Source of the DNA: Eledone cirrhosa
Taxonomy: Eukaryota
Assembly (NCBI GenBank): GCA_964016885.1
Contig: OZ024743.1
Coordinates: forward strand, 170,686,001 to 170,750,000
Reading direction: 5' to 3'
DNA: 64,000 bases
Each line of letters begins with the position of its first letter. Position 1 is the first letter of the stretch. Under the pieces are notes generated by a model. It worked only from the letters and a program-made list of their open reading frames with translations, was not told the origin of the DNA and did no database searches. Both the position numbers and the translations under genes were made by a program. Positions 39,720 to 52,779 of this stretch are shown one piece after another.

Positions 39720-40690
39720 ATGGAGGACCCGTGCTTTTGGCCTTAATTCTCTCCTCCACCCTACTGTTGCACCACTAAGTCACTCTCCTTCTCCCTAGAG
39801 CTCTGCTTCAGTAGGTTATCTTTCAGGAATTCCCACTGCTCCTTTATATTATATGACTCTATTTTCTCTTCCTTACTGTCAAAAGCATCAAATAAAATGC
39901 CTCTAAATTTGTTATTGGTTGTGGGGTTCTTCAACTTCCACATTCTTCTACTCAAGGTTGTCCTTTGTCATCGAGATTGTCTAGCCCTAATTATGAAGTC
40001 ACTAACTATTAAGTTATGTTGGGAGGTGCATTCTTCACCAGCAAGGGACTCTGTCTCATCTTCTGATAAAGATAAAATCTATCTGGCCGGTGTGCTCAAG
40101 TTTATCAAGGTTATCAAGTGATTGTCTCATTTTTTAAAAGTTTGTGTTACAGATAGTTAAGTCATTGGCATCATAGAATTCCAGAATCCTATAACCTTCC
40201 TCATTTCTAGTACCAAATCCATAACCTCCATGGATCCCATTGTAACCATCGCAGTGTTGTCCAACATGACCATTAGTCACCAGCAATAATTATGTAGTCA
40301 CTGTCATTTATTTGGGAAGTAGTGTGCATTAGGGACTCATAGAACCTGTCTTTTATAACATTTGGTGGACCAGATTGGGGTGCATAAGCAGATATAATTG
40401 ACACAGTTGTTCTATTTAGAACTAGTCTAAATTTAATGATTCTGTTGTTCACTCTATTTACGCCAATTACCTTATCTACCCATTTTTCTGCTAACATAAT
40501 TCCTACTCCAGGCACCCAGAAAAATTTCTATCATCGTTTTTTGCCCACAAGGAATCTAGCTGACCCTACCCTCCATATAGTCTCTTGTACACAGGAAACA
40601 TTAACTTTCTTTCGTTCAAGCCTCTCTACAATCTCACTTGATCATCCTTTCATCATGCCTACATTCATGGTACCAACTCTGAAGTTATGG
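39720..40690 (-). mobile_element. RTE LINE 5' part (APE endonuclease)
   Basis: VGT.NVG.M.G..., GVGIMLAEKWVDKV, ISAYAPQ.G and GD..GHVG motifs. Confidence 0.88.
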
Positions 40691-41129
40691 AGTTCACTCG
40701 GGGAGAGTGGGGAAGAAGAGGGTGAAGATTCAGAGAGGAGAGTGGGAGATGGATTTGTGTTGGTTTTGGTTTTCCATGCCTGAAATAAAGGAATGTTTAC
40801 ATAGTCTTCCGGAGATGGGAGGTGAATTCATCATTGTCTTTATGAGTGCTCCGATACACCATCTCTGTAGCCCATTCATCATACGAAACAACCAGGTCTA
40901 TGATAATGTTTAATAGGAGTAGTAACCAAAGTGGTAGCTTTTGCGATTAGAAGTTGGGACTACTGAAAACATACTATGTGCTGTTGGAATTTTGGTTGCT
41001 CCAAATAACTATGGAGGTCCATGGGGGTTGGGGGGAAAGATATATGATGACTTTAAAAAGAGTCGATTCGAAGATCGTGGGAAAAAAAGTTACTGAAGTA
41101 AAGATAAGAAAGTAATTAATAAATATGTA

Positions 41130-42551
41130 TGAATGAATGAACTACACAGATGGAGGTGAATCAGAGGCAGAAAGAATTTTACATTTACTTGTTTGGACTT
41201 TCACAGAGCATACATACATTGCATCTTTTCTGTGTGGATATAATTTTTATCTCTATATTATCTAATGTGCCCCTATGTTCTATTTTGGCATGTTGGGGGA
41301 GTACTGATGAGTTTTTCCCATCCTGGAGTTCTTTCCGGTGTTCACTTAACCTTTCCCCTATGCTACAGGCTGTTTCATCTATGTATGTTATATTCTTATT
41401 CCTACACTGTCTCTCAGTACATCTTATACTATATTCTATGTTCCTAGTTTTGCAGTTAATTATCGAGCTTAGCTTGCAGACTATGCATTTCCTATCAGCA
41501 CAGGTGGATCTTTAAAATGGGTATGTTTTGTTAATTAGGGTTTTTATGGGAATACCTGATCTTTCAACTATCTTAATATAAAATTTGAGCTTGTCTAGGG
41601 CCCTTTTAAATCTATAAGCTAGTTTGCCTCTTGAGGTTGTATTGACGAACATTACACTCTGGTATTTATTGCTATCATATCATGAGTTTATTTTATTTGC
41701 CTTATTCCTAATTCTTTCTATTCTATTCCAAAATTTGGTCCTATACATGGGGCAAGTCCCATTTGCATAATTTTCTACAATCTTTGCCGATTTGGTTCTA
41801 GCTCCTTTATATACTCTGACCTTGTCTCTCTGATTGTAGCCAGAGAACTGCATGCAGTGGATGAAGTGTTGTATTGTCTCTCTAATTCTTTGGGGTTGTA
41901 CATGTGGGACACGTTCCTCATCACTCTTACTAAGTCCACAATTAGTATGTTGATTTTTATGTGGATCAGGTACTTGGAGGTCATGGGTTTGGCATAATTC
42001 AAATGGAGGATTTGAGTTCTATTACAAATAGTTTCCAACCAGAGTTCTGTGTCTAGTATGGGTAATCTATGGTTGGGGGTGTTTACTTGGGTAGTCTATA
42101 GTAACTTTAATACTCTGGTGGATGGAGTTAGCTATTTTCTGGATGCTTTCCATGGTGTTCCTCTCTAATTCCTGACTGTTCTCCTGTGGGGGTGGTTTTA
42201 CTACAATATTTATGTCATCTATGTAGTGGGAGTACATAGTCAGGGTTATAAAATTGTCGTCTAATTGTTCTTTAAGTTTTCTGTCCCACCATACCATAAA
42301 GAGGTTAGCTATGTCACCTGCAAAGCTAACGCCAATGGCTGCTCCTTCCTCTTGGGCATATGTTTTGCCATTAAATTTGAACATATGTTCATGTGTGACC
42401 ATTGTCTTTAATTCATCATAGTTTTCGGGTGTCCAAATGTCTCTGGTCCACCTGCTCCATCTTTCTGTGTGAACTTTGAGGTAATGGTAGGTGGTCTGCC
42501 TCTTTCTGGCCTTGTGGGGCAGAGGCTGCTGAGGTCGTGTGTAGGTATTCC
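41130..42551 (-). mobile_element. Penelope-like element RT plus GIY-YIG, decayed
   Basis: FKFNGKTY.Q.EGAAIG...IANLFM...YIDDI, and NIEYSIRC...YIDETA.SIGERLSEH near 41340-41445. Confidence 0.85.
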
Positions 42552-42579
42552 TATATATATATATATATATATATATATA

Positions 42580-44790
42580 CGCTCAAACTGTACGGTCGTT
42601 ATATTGACAACTGTATCAGGGCCACAACCCTCACCCGAGAACAGCTTGACTCCTTTCTCTCCTTCTTCTGCTCCTTTCACCCCTCCCTCCACTTCAGCAC
42701 CTCTATCTCCACCACCACATCCAACTCTTGGACATCTCCATTGCCATTGACCCCTCCCACCGCTCCCTCATTACCTCTGATTTCTTTAAACCCACTGACT
42801 CCCACTCCTACCTCCACTTCACCTCCTCCTACCCTACACACACCAAACGTTCCATTCCTTAATCCCAACCCTGCCAGATCCGCTGCCTTTGCAGCCAAGA
42901 TGCTGACTTCAAGACCCAGGCTCTTTCTCTGGTCCACCATTTCACCCAAGGGAGTTACCCCCCTCCCTCGTCCATGCCGCCCTCACAGTCTGTCGCTCCA
43001 CCGCCCTCAGTTCACGCCCCCACCCCCCAACCACCGTCTCATCCTTCGCCTCTTTTGATGCCTCCAGTCCAACCCCTCCACCTTCCCACTCCCACCCCTC
43101 CCCTCCTTCAAGCGTGCATGCAACCTCCACAATCTCCTCGTCCGTAGCTCCCTACCCCCAACCCATGTTCCCTTCCCTGCTCCAGACCTCGCTGCCACAC
43201 CTGCCTCCACACTACCAACACCACCACCTTCTAGGGTCCCAACGGCCACTCTCTCTCTCTGTCCAGCATACCTTTCGCTGCACCTCCTCCAGCCTTGTCT
43301 ACGGACTCCGCTGCACGGAGTGCGGCGCAACCTATGTTGAACAGACCGGACGTCATCTGGCAGATCTGTTCACCAAGCACCTCCAAGACATTCGTCTCGG
43401 TAGGAGTTCCACATCGCCCACCACTTTGGCTCCGCCTGACACTCCTCTCGCAACCTAACCATCTACGGCCTGATTGAGTGCCATGGGAGCCTCAACATCC
43501 GACTTAGGGTCGAACAGCACACCATCTTCACCTTACATCTGCACCCCGGTTTGAACACCCCACTCCAACCCCTCTTCCTCTAGCCTTCGACCAGTCCCCC
43601 CCCTCTACCATGCCCCTATACTAACACCACTAAAACACTCCCAACTTTAACAGTCCCCTCACCTTCCAGCCACTCCCACACCCACATTGGACCAACCCAC
43701 CATTAATAATACTAATACCCCCACCCACTCCTCATTCCACACACATGCACCCACACCCTAAACATGCACACACACCAGTATATATACACTCACTCATACA
43801 CATGTACACAGCACCTTCGCCCCCCTCTCTCTTCCCCCATACTACCAACACCACCTCCACCCACATACCCATATCCTACTAACACCCCCCTCAACCCTCT
43901 CCTTCAACTTTTCACACTGACCCACCTCCTCTCCCGTCCACCCCACCTCTGCACACACATACAGGCCGCCCTTTCACACCTGTCAGACTGCTCCACCACC
44001 AATCTTGACTGTTCAAATCCTCCCTTCCCTCTCTCTCACACATCGCCCTGCCATCTCCACCCCTAGTCTTGACCACTTCCTGTTGCGCGTGCCCCACAAC
44101 TTTCTACTTCCTCCTCACCATTCCCATGGACGCTACTGCAGAGTTTACACGGATATCTATGATTACAACCCGGAACAGTGCCATCATTTTACACACGCAC
44201 ACCGGAAAACCATTCAGGAACATAGACACACACAAACACTTACACCATTTTTGCACGCACGCAACCATACATTCCAACGTATCCACACAAACACACACGT
44301 GCGCACCCTCACATACACCCACTCTGACTCTGGATTCCGCATGCTCTCCTCCACCCAATCCGACCCCTTTCCATCCACATGCACACACAGACTACACCCC
44401 AACATACACAATGTTTTTCCAAAACCCAAGCACACAACCCTGCTCTCCCCAGACTCACACATCCACACATAAACACCTCACCTTCCACCCACCCCACTCG
44501 GATCCCTTTTTTCCTTCCCCCCTCTCTCTCCCTCTCCCCTCCACTCACCCCCCATGCACCACCACCTCTACACACCTCACAACTTGTTTTTAACTTTAAT
44601 TTTCCACTTCATGTTTTATTTTTTCCCCACTAACTCCCCTTCACTCCCTCACGGAGTCCCCCCCCACTTTCCTGATGAAGGGCTTATGCCCGAAACGTCA
44701 CACCCACGCCCTCCAGTCTCACTAAGCGTGATCCTAAAACCTTTTGTAACTTTTTGTACTCCTGCGTTGTTGTTGTTTTTTACTTTCCTA
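42580..44790 (+). mobile_element. C-rich Penelope-like element (RT end, GIY-YIG, long 3' tail)
   Basis: YGRYIDNCI and F.CTSS.LVYGLRCTECGATYV.QTGR.L...F..H motifs; hammerhead core at 44672; bounded by (TA)n. Confidence 0.85.
44672..44699 (+). ncRNA. Minimal PLE-type hammerhead core (stem I not evident)
   Basis: CUGAUGA-A-GGGC(UUAU)GCCC-GAA-ACGU-C. Confidence 0.65.
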
Positions 44791-44828
44791 TATATATATA
44801 TACATATAAGCACAAATACATAACATAG

Positions 44829-45012
44829 GGTGGTGGATTGGTAGTATCGGTAGAGGGTTGGACGCCATGCTTTGCAGCATAGTTACGTCCCTTTACGATC
44901 TGAGTTCAAATCCCGCCGAGGTTGACTTTGCCTTTTATCCTTACAGGGTCGATAAAATAAAGTACCAGTAATGCACTGGGCAATTGCTGGCCTTGTGCCT
45001 AACGTAGAAACA
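44829..45012 (+). mobile_element. tRNA-derived SINE copy
   Basis: Highly similar to 7333-7521. Confidence 0.9.
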
Positions 45013-45777
45013 ATAATTATACATACACATATACACACACATAAAATACGTACATTCACATATATACGTACATATATACACATAAATAATAATGTATAAA
45101 AAAATATATATGAGATATAATAAATAATAAAAATAAAAATCTGAAATTTTTAGAAGTTGCCCACAGATGAGATCATATCTTCTTTCCTGTTGGAATAAAC
45201 ATAACATCAACTTGGATACTCAACCACCCTGAACTTTATTTCAGTTATGAAATAGCATTTACACTAACTACCCTGAACTTATTTTCATTATGAACACATA
45301 CATTTAATTATAACCATAACACACAAACAACACTCACATATTGTCTATGATTACATGACTATTTTCATTCCTTTCACTATTTGTCCTTAATAAGATACAT
45401 CGTACCCTCCTTCTTTCTAGTTGACACATATATATATAAATATACTTAATTATAATTTTCACACATGGTTCTTACCCAATCTTAATTATAACACAGAGAA
45501 CTCCTCTCTGCAAATATACTTAACATATTCATAGATTCATATGAATATTTTTGAGTGCTAATATATTTATATTTTTTCTATGTATGAACTTACGTGTGTA
45601 TGTATATATAGTTGCCTTTATAGGTATGTGATTATTTATAAATTTTATTGTATGTACAGTCTTTTTATGTGTATACATGTATTTTTATACTTATAAGTTT
45701 AATTTCTTGTGTAAGTGTATATATATATATATATATATATATGCATGTGTGTGTATGTATATGTATGTATGTACGTA

Positions 45778-45815
<38 letters not shown>

Positions 45816-45816
<1 letters not shown>

Positions 45817-46402
45817 TAGCCGAATTACCTTGCTGCGTTTCACACATTTTTTATAAGAAAATGATGATTGATTTTAAATCAGTGATATAATTTATGGAGA
45901 AAAACTCTGCATTTCAATATTACTCAATGTAAAATGTAATGCATGAAAAATTAGAAAACATTATTTTTTGTAATATATCAAATCAAAATTACATTATTAA
46001 ATCTTATTCTTATTTTGTTTCTTGTAAATAAGTTTTTTCAAAATATTAATTCAAAACTTGATCATTTCATTGTTTGTGTAAAGCATCATTTTATTTGGGC
46101 TTCCAAAATGTTCACTATAGGGGGTTTAACCCTCATTAGGGTGTCTTAATATTATTGAAATTTGCTAAAATTTTGTGAATAGGCATCACATCTTATCATT
46201 TACCTATGGTTTAAATTTCATATAAATCGAATGGAGACGATTTTCAGCAGGGGTTTGTGCCACCGGGGAACCCTTTGATTAAAATGAAATATACTTATCC
46301 AAGTACCCTGGGCAATGTAGTTTCAGAATATATATCTCCCAAACCATAGGAGGAGTTTGTGAACAAACAAATAGACAGGAACTACAACTTTATATATATA
46401 GA
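45816..46402 (-). mobile_element. Non-autonomous Helitron-like element
   Basis: Minus strand begins a|TCtatatatataaagttg and ends GCTAG|t; same terminal pattern as 4995-6078. Confidence 0.6.
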
Positions 46403-46879
46403 TATGTGTGTGTATGTATGTATATGTATATGTATATATGTGTGTGTGTGTATGTATAGTTTTTAATGTCTGTATATATATTTCATCATCACTGTTTTAC
46501 GTCCGTTCTTCCATGCTAGCATGGGTTAGACGGATATATATATATATGACGGATATATATATACGCGTTGTATTTGTGCTTGTATGTATGTATTTATATT
46601 ATTTTATTTATACACGCCTGTCTGCTTAATTGACGTATATATGTGTGTGTCCACATATTTATTGACAGAGTTATATATAAACGTGCGTATCTATATGTGT
46701 GTATGTATGTGTATAAATACGTATATATATGTGCGTGTTTCTCATATTTCCATATTTGTATATGTGCACAAATTTTGTTTAGATTATCACTGTCTCATTT
46801 TGTTTTCACTTCATTTTTTATTTTCGTCATTTTTCATTTACTGTTTTTTTTATTATTTTTATTATTTTTCATGAAAAAA

Positions 46880-47378
46880 TCTGACTTTGCACGCTTGCAC
46901 CTCTCTAAGACAATGTCACTGGATCGAGATATTTGGCGCCACGCAGTAACACAGAAGACCCGCCTTCCCTAAGTACAAAGTTAACCTACAGTCAGTAGGC
47001 ACCTCTTAACCAAATATACACCCCAACCCACTACCCCTACTCCATCCTCCTACTCCCACCATCACCACCCTTTCTCTGTAAAGTTATAGTGGTACCACAA
47101 CATCCACTCCAAACTAAAGAGGTCATGTAGGTGTCATGACAAAAAACACCCACTCCACACTGTAAAGTGGTCGTGTAGGAAACACGGTAAAAAGGTCCCC
47201 AATACACACTGTAAATGTGGTTGGTGTTAGGAAGGGCATCCAGCAGTAGAAAATCTGCCAGATATACGAGCGAGACACGGTTGCCCGATCAATCTACCCG
47301 CAGGTCGGACAATTCCCATCTAACACATGCTAGTGTGGAAGATAGACGTTAAACGATGATGATGATGATGATGATGAT
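46880..47378 (+). mobile_element. RTE LINE extreme 3' end plus UTR
   Basis: LHLSKTMSLDRDIWR..., UTR motif and (GAT)n tail. Confidence 0.88.
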
Positions 47379-47451
47379 CTCATATATATTTTTTTTATAC
47401 ATTATTATTTGTGTATGTATATGTGTAAACGTACGTATATTATGTGTGTGT

Positions 47452-50400
47452 ATCATCATCATCATTTTACATCTGCTCTTCCCTGCTTGCAAGGGTGGGA
47501 CGGGTCTTATTCAGCACAGCATCTCTCCACCGTGAGCTTCAGCGATCTGGGGTCTGTTCTCACCACCTCCGCCCATGTTTTTCTTGGTCTACCTCTACCA
47601 CGTCTTCCTTCAACTGGCATTTCCTGGCACTTCTTCACCCATCGGTCATCCTCCATGTGCATCACATGTCCATACCACCTCAGTCTACTCTCTCGCACAC
47701 TACATTCTATCCCTCTCAGACACAGTTTCTCTTTCAACACATTCATGCTGGGTCGTTCACGCACATTGACACTGCACATCCAACGGAGCATGCTTACCTC
47801 ATTTCTCTCCAGCCGTCGCATATCCTCTGCAGTTGCTGCCCATGTCTCATTACCATGCAGCATCGTGCTCCTCACACAGGCATCATATAACCGGCCTTTT
47901 GTACGCAGGGAGAAACCCTTCTTCATCAGCAGAGGAAGCAGCTCCCTAAACTTCTTCCAACCCGTCCTTATTCTAGATACTATGGCCTCGGAACACCCCC
48001 CTCCCATGCTAATCTGATCTCTTAGGTACCGGAAGCTATCCACCACTTCTATAGCACCCGCCTGCATTTGAAAAATGTGTCTATCAATGCGACTTCTACT
48101 GTCTAATTTCCCTATGCATCTACTGCATACATATTTCTCCCTACCTGTTAGTTTGCCTGCTATCCCGTTACATCTCTTGTGTACACAGGATCTGCATTGT
48201 GTGCATTTTATAGAATTTATGCCGGTTCCTTTTCTGCATATCGAACATGGCCATTTCCCTGACGGAATCAGAGTTTTGTCCTCTTTTCTATTCATCAACA
48301 CTTTGTCTTAGCTAGGTTCACTCTCAGTCCTCTTGCTTCCAACTGCTGTTTCAATACCAGAATTTATTCTCTAGCTCCTCTACTGATTCTGCTATAAGAA
48401 CCAGATCGTCAGCATAGAGAAATTCCCATGAGCAACCAGTCTTAAACTCCTCTGTTATGGCTTGGAGGACTATAATGAACAAGAGCGGGCTGAGGACCGA
48501 ACCTTGATGTACTCCTACTTGTATCTGGAATTCCTCACTAAACTCCATTCCTACACTGACTTTACTGACAGTACCTCTGTACAAAGTTTGCACTGTCCTC
48601 ACAAGCCATTTCTCAACACCTAGTTTCCTTAGGAACCACCAGATGACAGATCGGGGTACCCTATCAAAGGCCTTCTCTAGGTCAACAAAGGCTAAGTATA
48701 GTGGCTCATTTTTCTCTAAGAACCTCTCTTGTAATTGTCTCACCAAGAAGAGGGCATTTGTTGTACTCTTCCCAGGCACAAAACCAAACTGCATCTCATC
48801 TAGTTTGACCCTTTCTCTAATTAGTTGTGCTAATATCCTTTCTGACACTTTCATAACCTGATCCATCAGTTTTATACCCCTATAATTGCTCCTCTCCAGA
48901 GCATCTCCTTTACCTTTGTAGCAATTTATGAGAATACTGCTGCACCAGTCTTTGGGTATGATACCACCATATATAGCCTGATTGATGATGCGTGCAACCA
49001 GTTTAGTGCTTACGTCCCCTGATGCCTTCAGCATCTCAGCAACTATCCCCGATGGTCCAGCAGCCTTACCATTTTTCATTTCCTTAATCGCCTCTTGGAC
49101 CCTATATTCGTCAATCTCAATAGCTGGTCCCTCTGTCGGATCTACTGAGGGTAATTTCTCTCCCATTCGTTCCCCACATTCGTCAGTCTCTCATAATGAC
49201 ATTTCCAGGCCTCCTTTTTCTGATCATTCATGACACTAAGTTCACCGGCATCATTCCGGACACATTTATCTCCAACAACATCCTGATTTGCATTGACACA
49301 CTGCCTTGCAATGTGGAACCGGACGCCTCTGATCTTCCAATCGCAGAACATTGGCAAACCTCCTACTCTCAGCCTCCCTGCGTGCTAAGTACACCTGACG
49401 TCTAGCTTCTCTCTTAGCGGTTGTATATCCTTCTCTACTCCCACCCTTTTTTCCAAGCCTTCCATGCTTTTGTCTCTAATGGCCCTATCTACTGTGCTGT
49501 TCCACCACCAGGTCACTCTCTGTCTGGTTGGAGCTCTGCTCCAGCCACAAGTTTCATCAGTAGCCTGCAGTAAGTTGTCATGTAAGAAATTCCAGTTATT
49601 ATCTATGTCATACGTCTCTAAATCGTCTTCTTTTTCGTCATACACATCTTGAAGGGCTTTTCTAAATTTGTATTTTACTAAATTTGTATTTACTAAATTT
49701 GTATTATCACTAACGACTAACCTATGCTGTGGGGTACATTCTTCCCCAGGGTATGCCTTGGTATTAGACACTATCTGCCTGTCCCGCTGACTAATTAGTA
49801 AGAAGTCAATCTGGCTTATGTGCACGCCAGATTTGTAGGTTATTAGGTGGTTGGCAGGTTTCTGGAAGTTAGTGTTGCAAATAGTCAGTGTACTTGCATC
49901 ACAAAATTCAAGAAGTCTCACTCCTTCTTTATTTCTTGAGCTGTAACCGTGCCCACCATGTACCCCAGTGGAACCATCCTGGAGCTGTCCAACATGACCA
50001 TTGAAGTACCCTACGATGTCTCCGTCCTCTGTCATTGTGGTTGTTTGTAAAAGTTGCTCGTAAAAGCAGTTTTTCTCATCTTTGCCTAGGCCTGCTTGGG
50101 GAGCATAGGCAGAGATGATTGTCAGTAGTCGCCTGCATACAACTAATCTAAGCTTAATTATTCGATTACTAACTCTAACTACCTCTATTGTCTTATTGAT
50201 CATCTCTCAGCCAGGAAAATGCCTACTCCCCCTAACCCATCATCCTTACCTACCCAGAATAGCTTATAGCTAAGATGTTTGCCTATGACTAGTCTTGCAG
50301 AGGCACCTCTCCATCTCACCTCTTGCACGCAGCACACATCGACATGCCTTCTCTCCAGCATCTCCGCTATTTCAGCAGATCTACCTCTGAGAGTGCCAAC

Positions 50401-50470
50401 ATTAAGTGTTGCAACTCTGAGATGCGACGTCTTCATATTTTGTTGTTGTTCCTATTTGTTGCTGTGCTGA
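47452..50470 (-). mobile_element. Near full-length RTE LINE (APE-RT-PHD-like finger), frameshifted
   Basis: Collinear ORFs 50436-50200, 50203-49385, 49357-49142, 49166-48351, 48301-47507; (GAT)n tail at 47452-47465. Confidence 0.95.
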
Positions 50471-50904
50471 TAAGCGTTTTGGCATTGATACACTGGTTGG
50501 ATGCCCTTCCTAACACCAGCGCCACTTTACAGCATGGACTGGGTGCTTTTATTTGTGCCACCAGCACTAGAGAGGATGTCTTACTAGACTCAAGAGCCCT
50601 CTCTACCCCTCCATTTTACAGCATGGTGATAACCCCCCCACCCAAAAATAAACACTTATTGACACGACACGCACACACACTCACACACCAACATTCATGC
50701 ATACAAACTACAAACACACACGCCACTCACACACCAACACTCATGCATACAAACACACACACCACTCACATACATATATACATACATATATATATATATT
50801 ACCGTCAGTACTGATACAAAATCAAAATCATGTCAACTGTTGACTTTTCCCAGTCCAGTTTAGTTTTTATATAATAATAATAATAATTGTTTGCTTTACG
50901 CTGG

Positions 50905-51400
50905 TGATTGTGGTGGTAGTGGATGGTGTCAGTGGTGATGGTGGTGGTGGTGGATGGTGGTGGATGATGTCAGTGATGGTGATGGTGGTGATGGTGGTGG
51001 ATGGTGTGAGTGATGGTGGTGGTAGTGGTGGAGGTGAAGGTGGTGGATGGTGTCAGTGATGGTGGTGCTGGATGGTGCCAGTGATGGTGGTGGTGGTGAA
51101 GGTGGTGGATAGTGTCAGTATGGTGATGGTGGTGGATGGTGTCAATGATGGTGGTGGCAGTTGTTGTTGCTGTCGTTGTTATTGTTTTTGCTGTTGTTGT
51201 TATTGTTGTTGCTGCTGCTGCTACCGTTGTTGTTGTTATTCATTTCATTGATGCTGCTGCTGCGGACAATGGTGCTGTTGCTGTTATTGTAGTCGCATAT
51301 ATATAAATACATACATACACACACATTCAACACAGACAATGGTGTTGTTGCTGTTGTTGTTGTTGTTGTTGTTGCTGTCGCTGTTGTAGTTGTTGCTGTG
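50905..51400. repeat. Compound trinucleotide microsatellites (GGT/GAT, GTT/GCT)
   Basis: Direct inspection. Confidence 0.9.
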
Positions 51401-51825
51401 TTGAAATCTGGTCGCATCCACTGAGATATGTATATACATACATATATATACACACATATACATATATATATATATACACATACATACATCAAAGGAGTTA
51501 GAAGTTTGTCAACAGGTCATCTAACAGGTCATCAGATAGAGTAATGAGTTACGTGGTGGTGGTGGGGAGCAAGTGTAGACGTTATTTTCGTGGCGGGGGA
51601 GTGAGATGTACAAGTTCATAGTTCACTTATCCCTTTTTTTCTATCTTTTCAAAATTTTAATTTATGGCTTTTTTGCAAATGAGCAACATTTTTTCGGCCA
51701 CCATCACAACAAAAACAACAACATCCACAACAATGACAACTACCATCATCACAGTAACAACAGCATCCACAATTGTCACTACCAATATCACCACTACCAT
51801 CAACAATAATAGATCAAAAACATGC

Positions 51826-51921
51826 CTTTGATTCCTGGTCCAGTCTCCACTCCATGTCTCTCAGCTGATTTGCTAAATTGTTCTTTTCTTTCTCCAGGAC
51901 TTTCACATATTGAGGAGTAAC
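51826..51921 (-). CDS. CCDC169: Internal exon of the CCDC169-like gene (GC donor)
   Basis: Acceptor ctatttgtgttag, 96 bp. Encodes VTPQYVKVLEKEKNNLANQLRDMEWRLDQESK, then AAG|gcatgt. Joins in phase 0 to AYHKANDERK. Confidence 0.88.
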
Positions 51922-52382
51922 CTAACACAAATAGAATATAGAGTATTCTAATAGTAAAGGTAAGATACAGAGTACTCTAGCAAAGATAAAATATCAGGTA
52001 CTCTCAGGTGTCCATTGTCTCCCACTCCGCCAGCTTATCAATTTTTCAGATTTTTTCCTAATCTCTTGCTCTTATCCCCCACCCCCACCCCACCCCACTT
52101 ATTAAATTTTGGTAATCTTATTTTATTTTAAGCGGTAGCATTTCTGCAATAATTAATTTTCTTTAGATATTAAAAAAATTTTATACATGACTAAAAAAGA
52201 ACATTACAAGAAATCCCATAAGTTATAAAATAAATAGGATGGGTTGGGAGTCTCAATTTGTAAACTAAATGACTAATTCTGGTTTTAAAAAAATATCAAT
52301 CCCCTCTATTATTTGGGACTCAATATCATATCTTAACAAAGATATGATATAGAGTACTAGGCAAAGATAATATGTAGAATAA

Positions 52383-52481
52383 CCATTACTACCACTCTAC
52401 CACTACCACAGCTACTATACTACTACTATTACTTTTACTACCACTATACTGCCATCAACATTAATACTACTGCCACCACTT

Positions 52482-52521
<40 letters not shown>

Positions 52522-52543
52522 CACCACGACTACCCCTACTACT
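52383..52543. repeat. (CTA/CCA)n microsatellite abutting the 52550 splice donor
   Basis: Direct inspection. Confidence 0.9.
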
Positions 52544-52549
52544 GCTCAC

Positions 52550-52596
52550 CTCTGTGTTATCCTGTGTGTTGTTGTCATCTTGGGGTTTCTTCATAG
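52550..52596 (-). CDS. CCDC169: Short internal exon of the CCDC169-like gene; upstream exons probably lie beyond 64000
   Basis: Acceptor tttttatttttctgttgtcag, donor GAG|gtgagc, 47 bp. Encodes xMKKPQDDNNTQDNTE and ends in phase 0, compatible with the next exon. Confidence 0.72.
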
Positions 52597-52779
52597 CTGA
52601 CAACAGAAAAATAAAAATACATTAAATTTATTGAAATAAATAAATCACATACACACTCACTCTTACACTATATGAACATGAATATGTAAGATGTGGTGAC
52701 ATGCAATATATGAATAATAGTTGTACTAGGCCAATGAAAACCCACACATACAAATTTATGTATACCTGGGAAACCAAAT

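Noticed and set aside
41040-41080. ATGATGA-ctt..aag hammerhead-like string
   Set aside because: No C3 and no proper GAAA; opposite strand to the adjacent PLE
43764-44823. Pro/His/Thr-rich ORFs
   Set aside because: Low-complexity C/A-rich tail of the Penelope-like element
51898-51959. Apparent plus-strand exon (ctccag ... gtaag)
   Set aside because: Stops in all three frames; the pyrimidine tract is the antisense of the CCDC169-like exon
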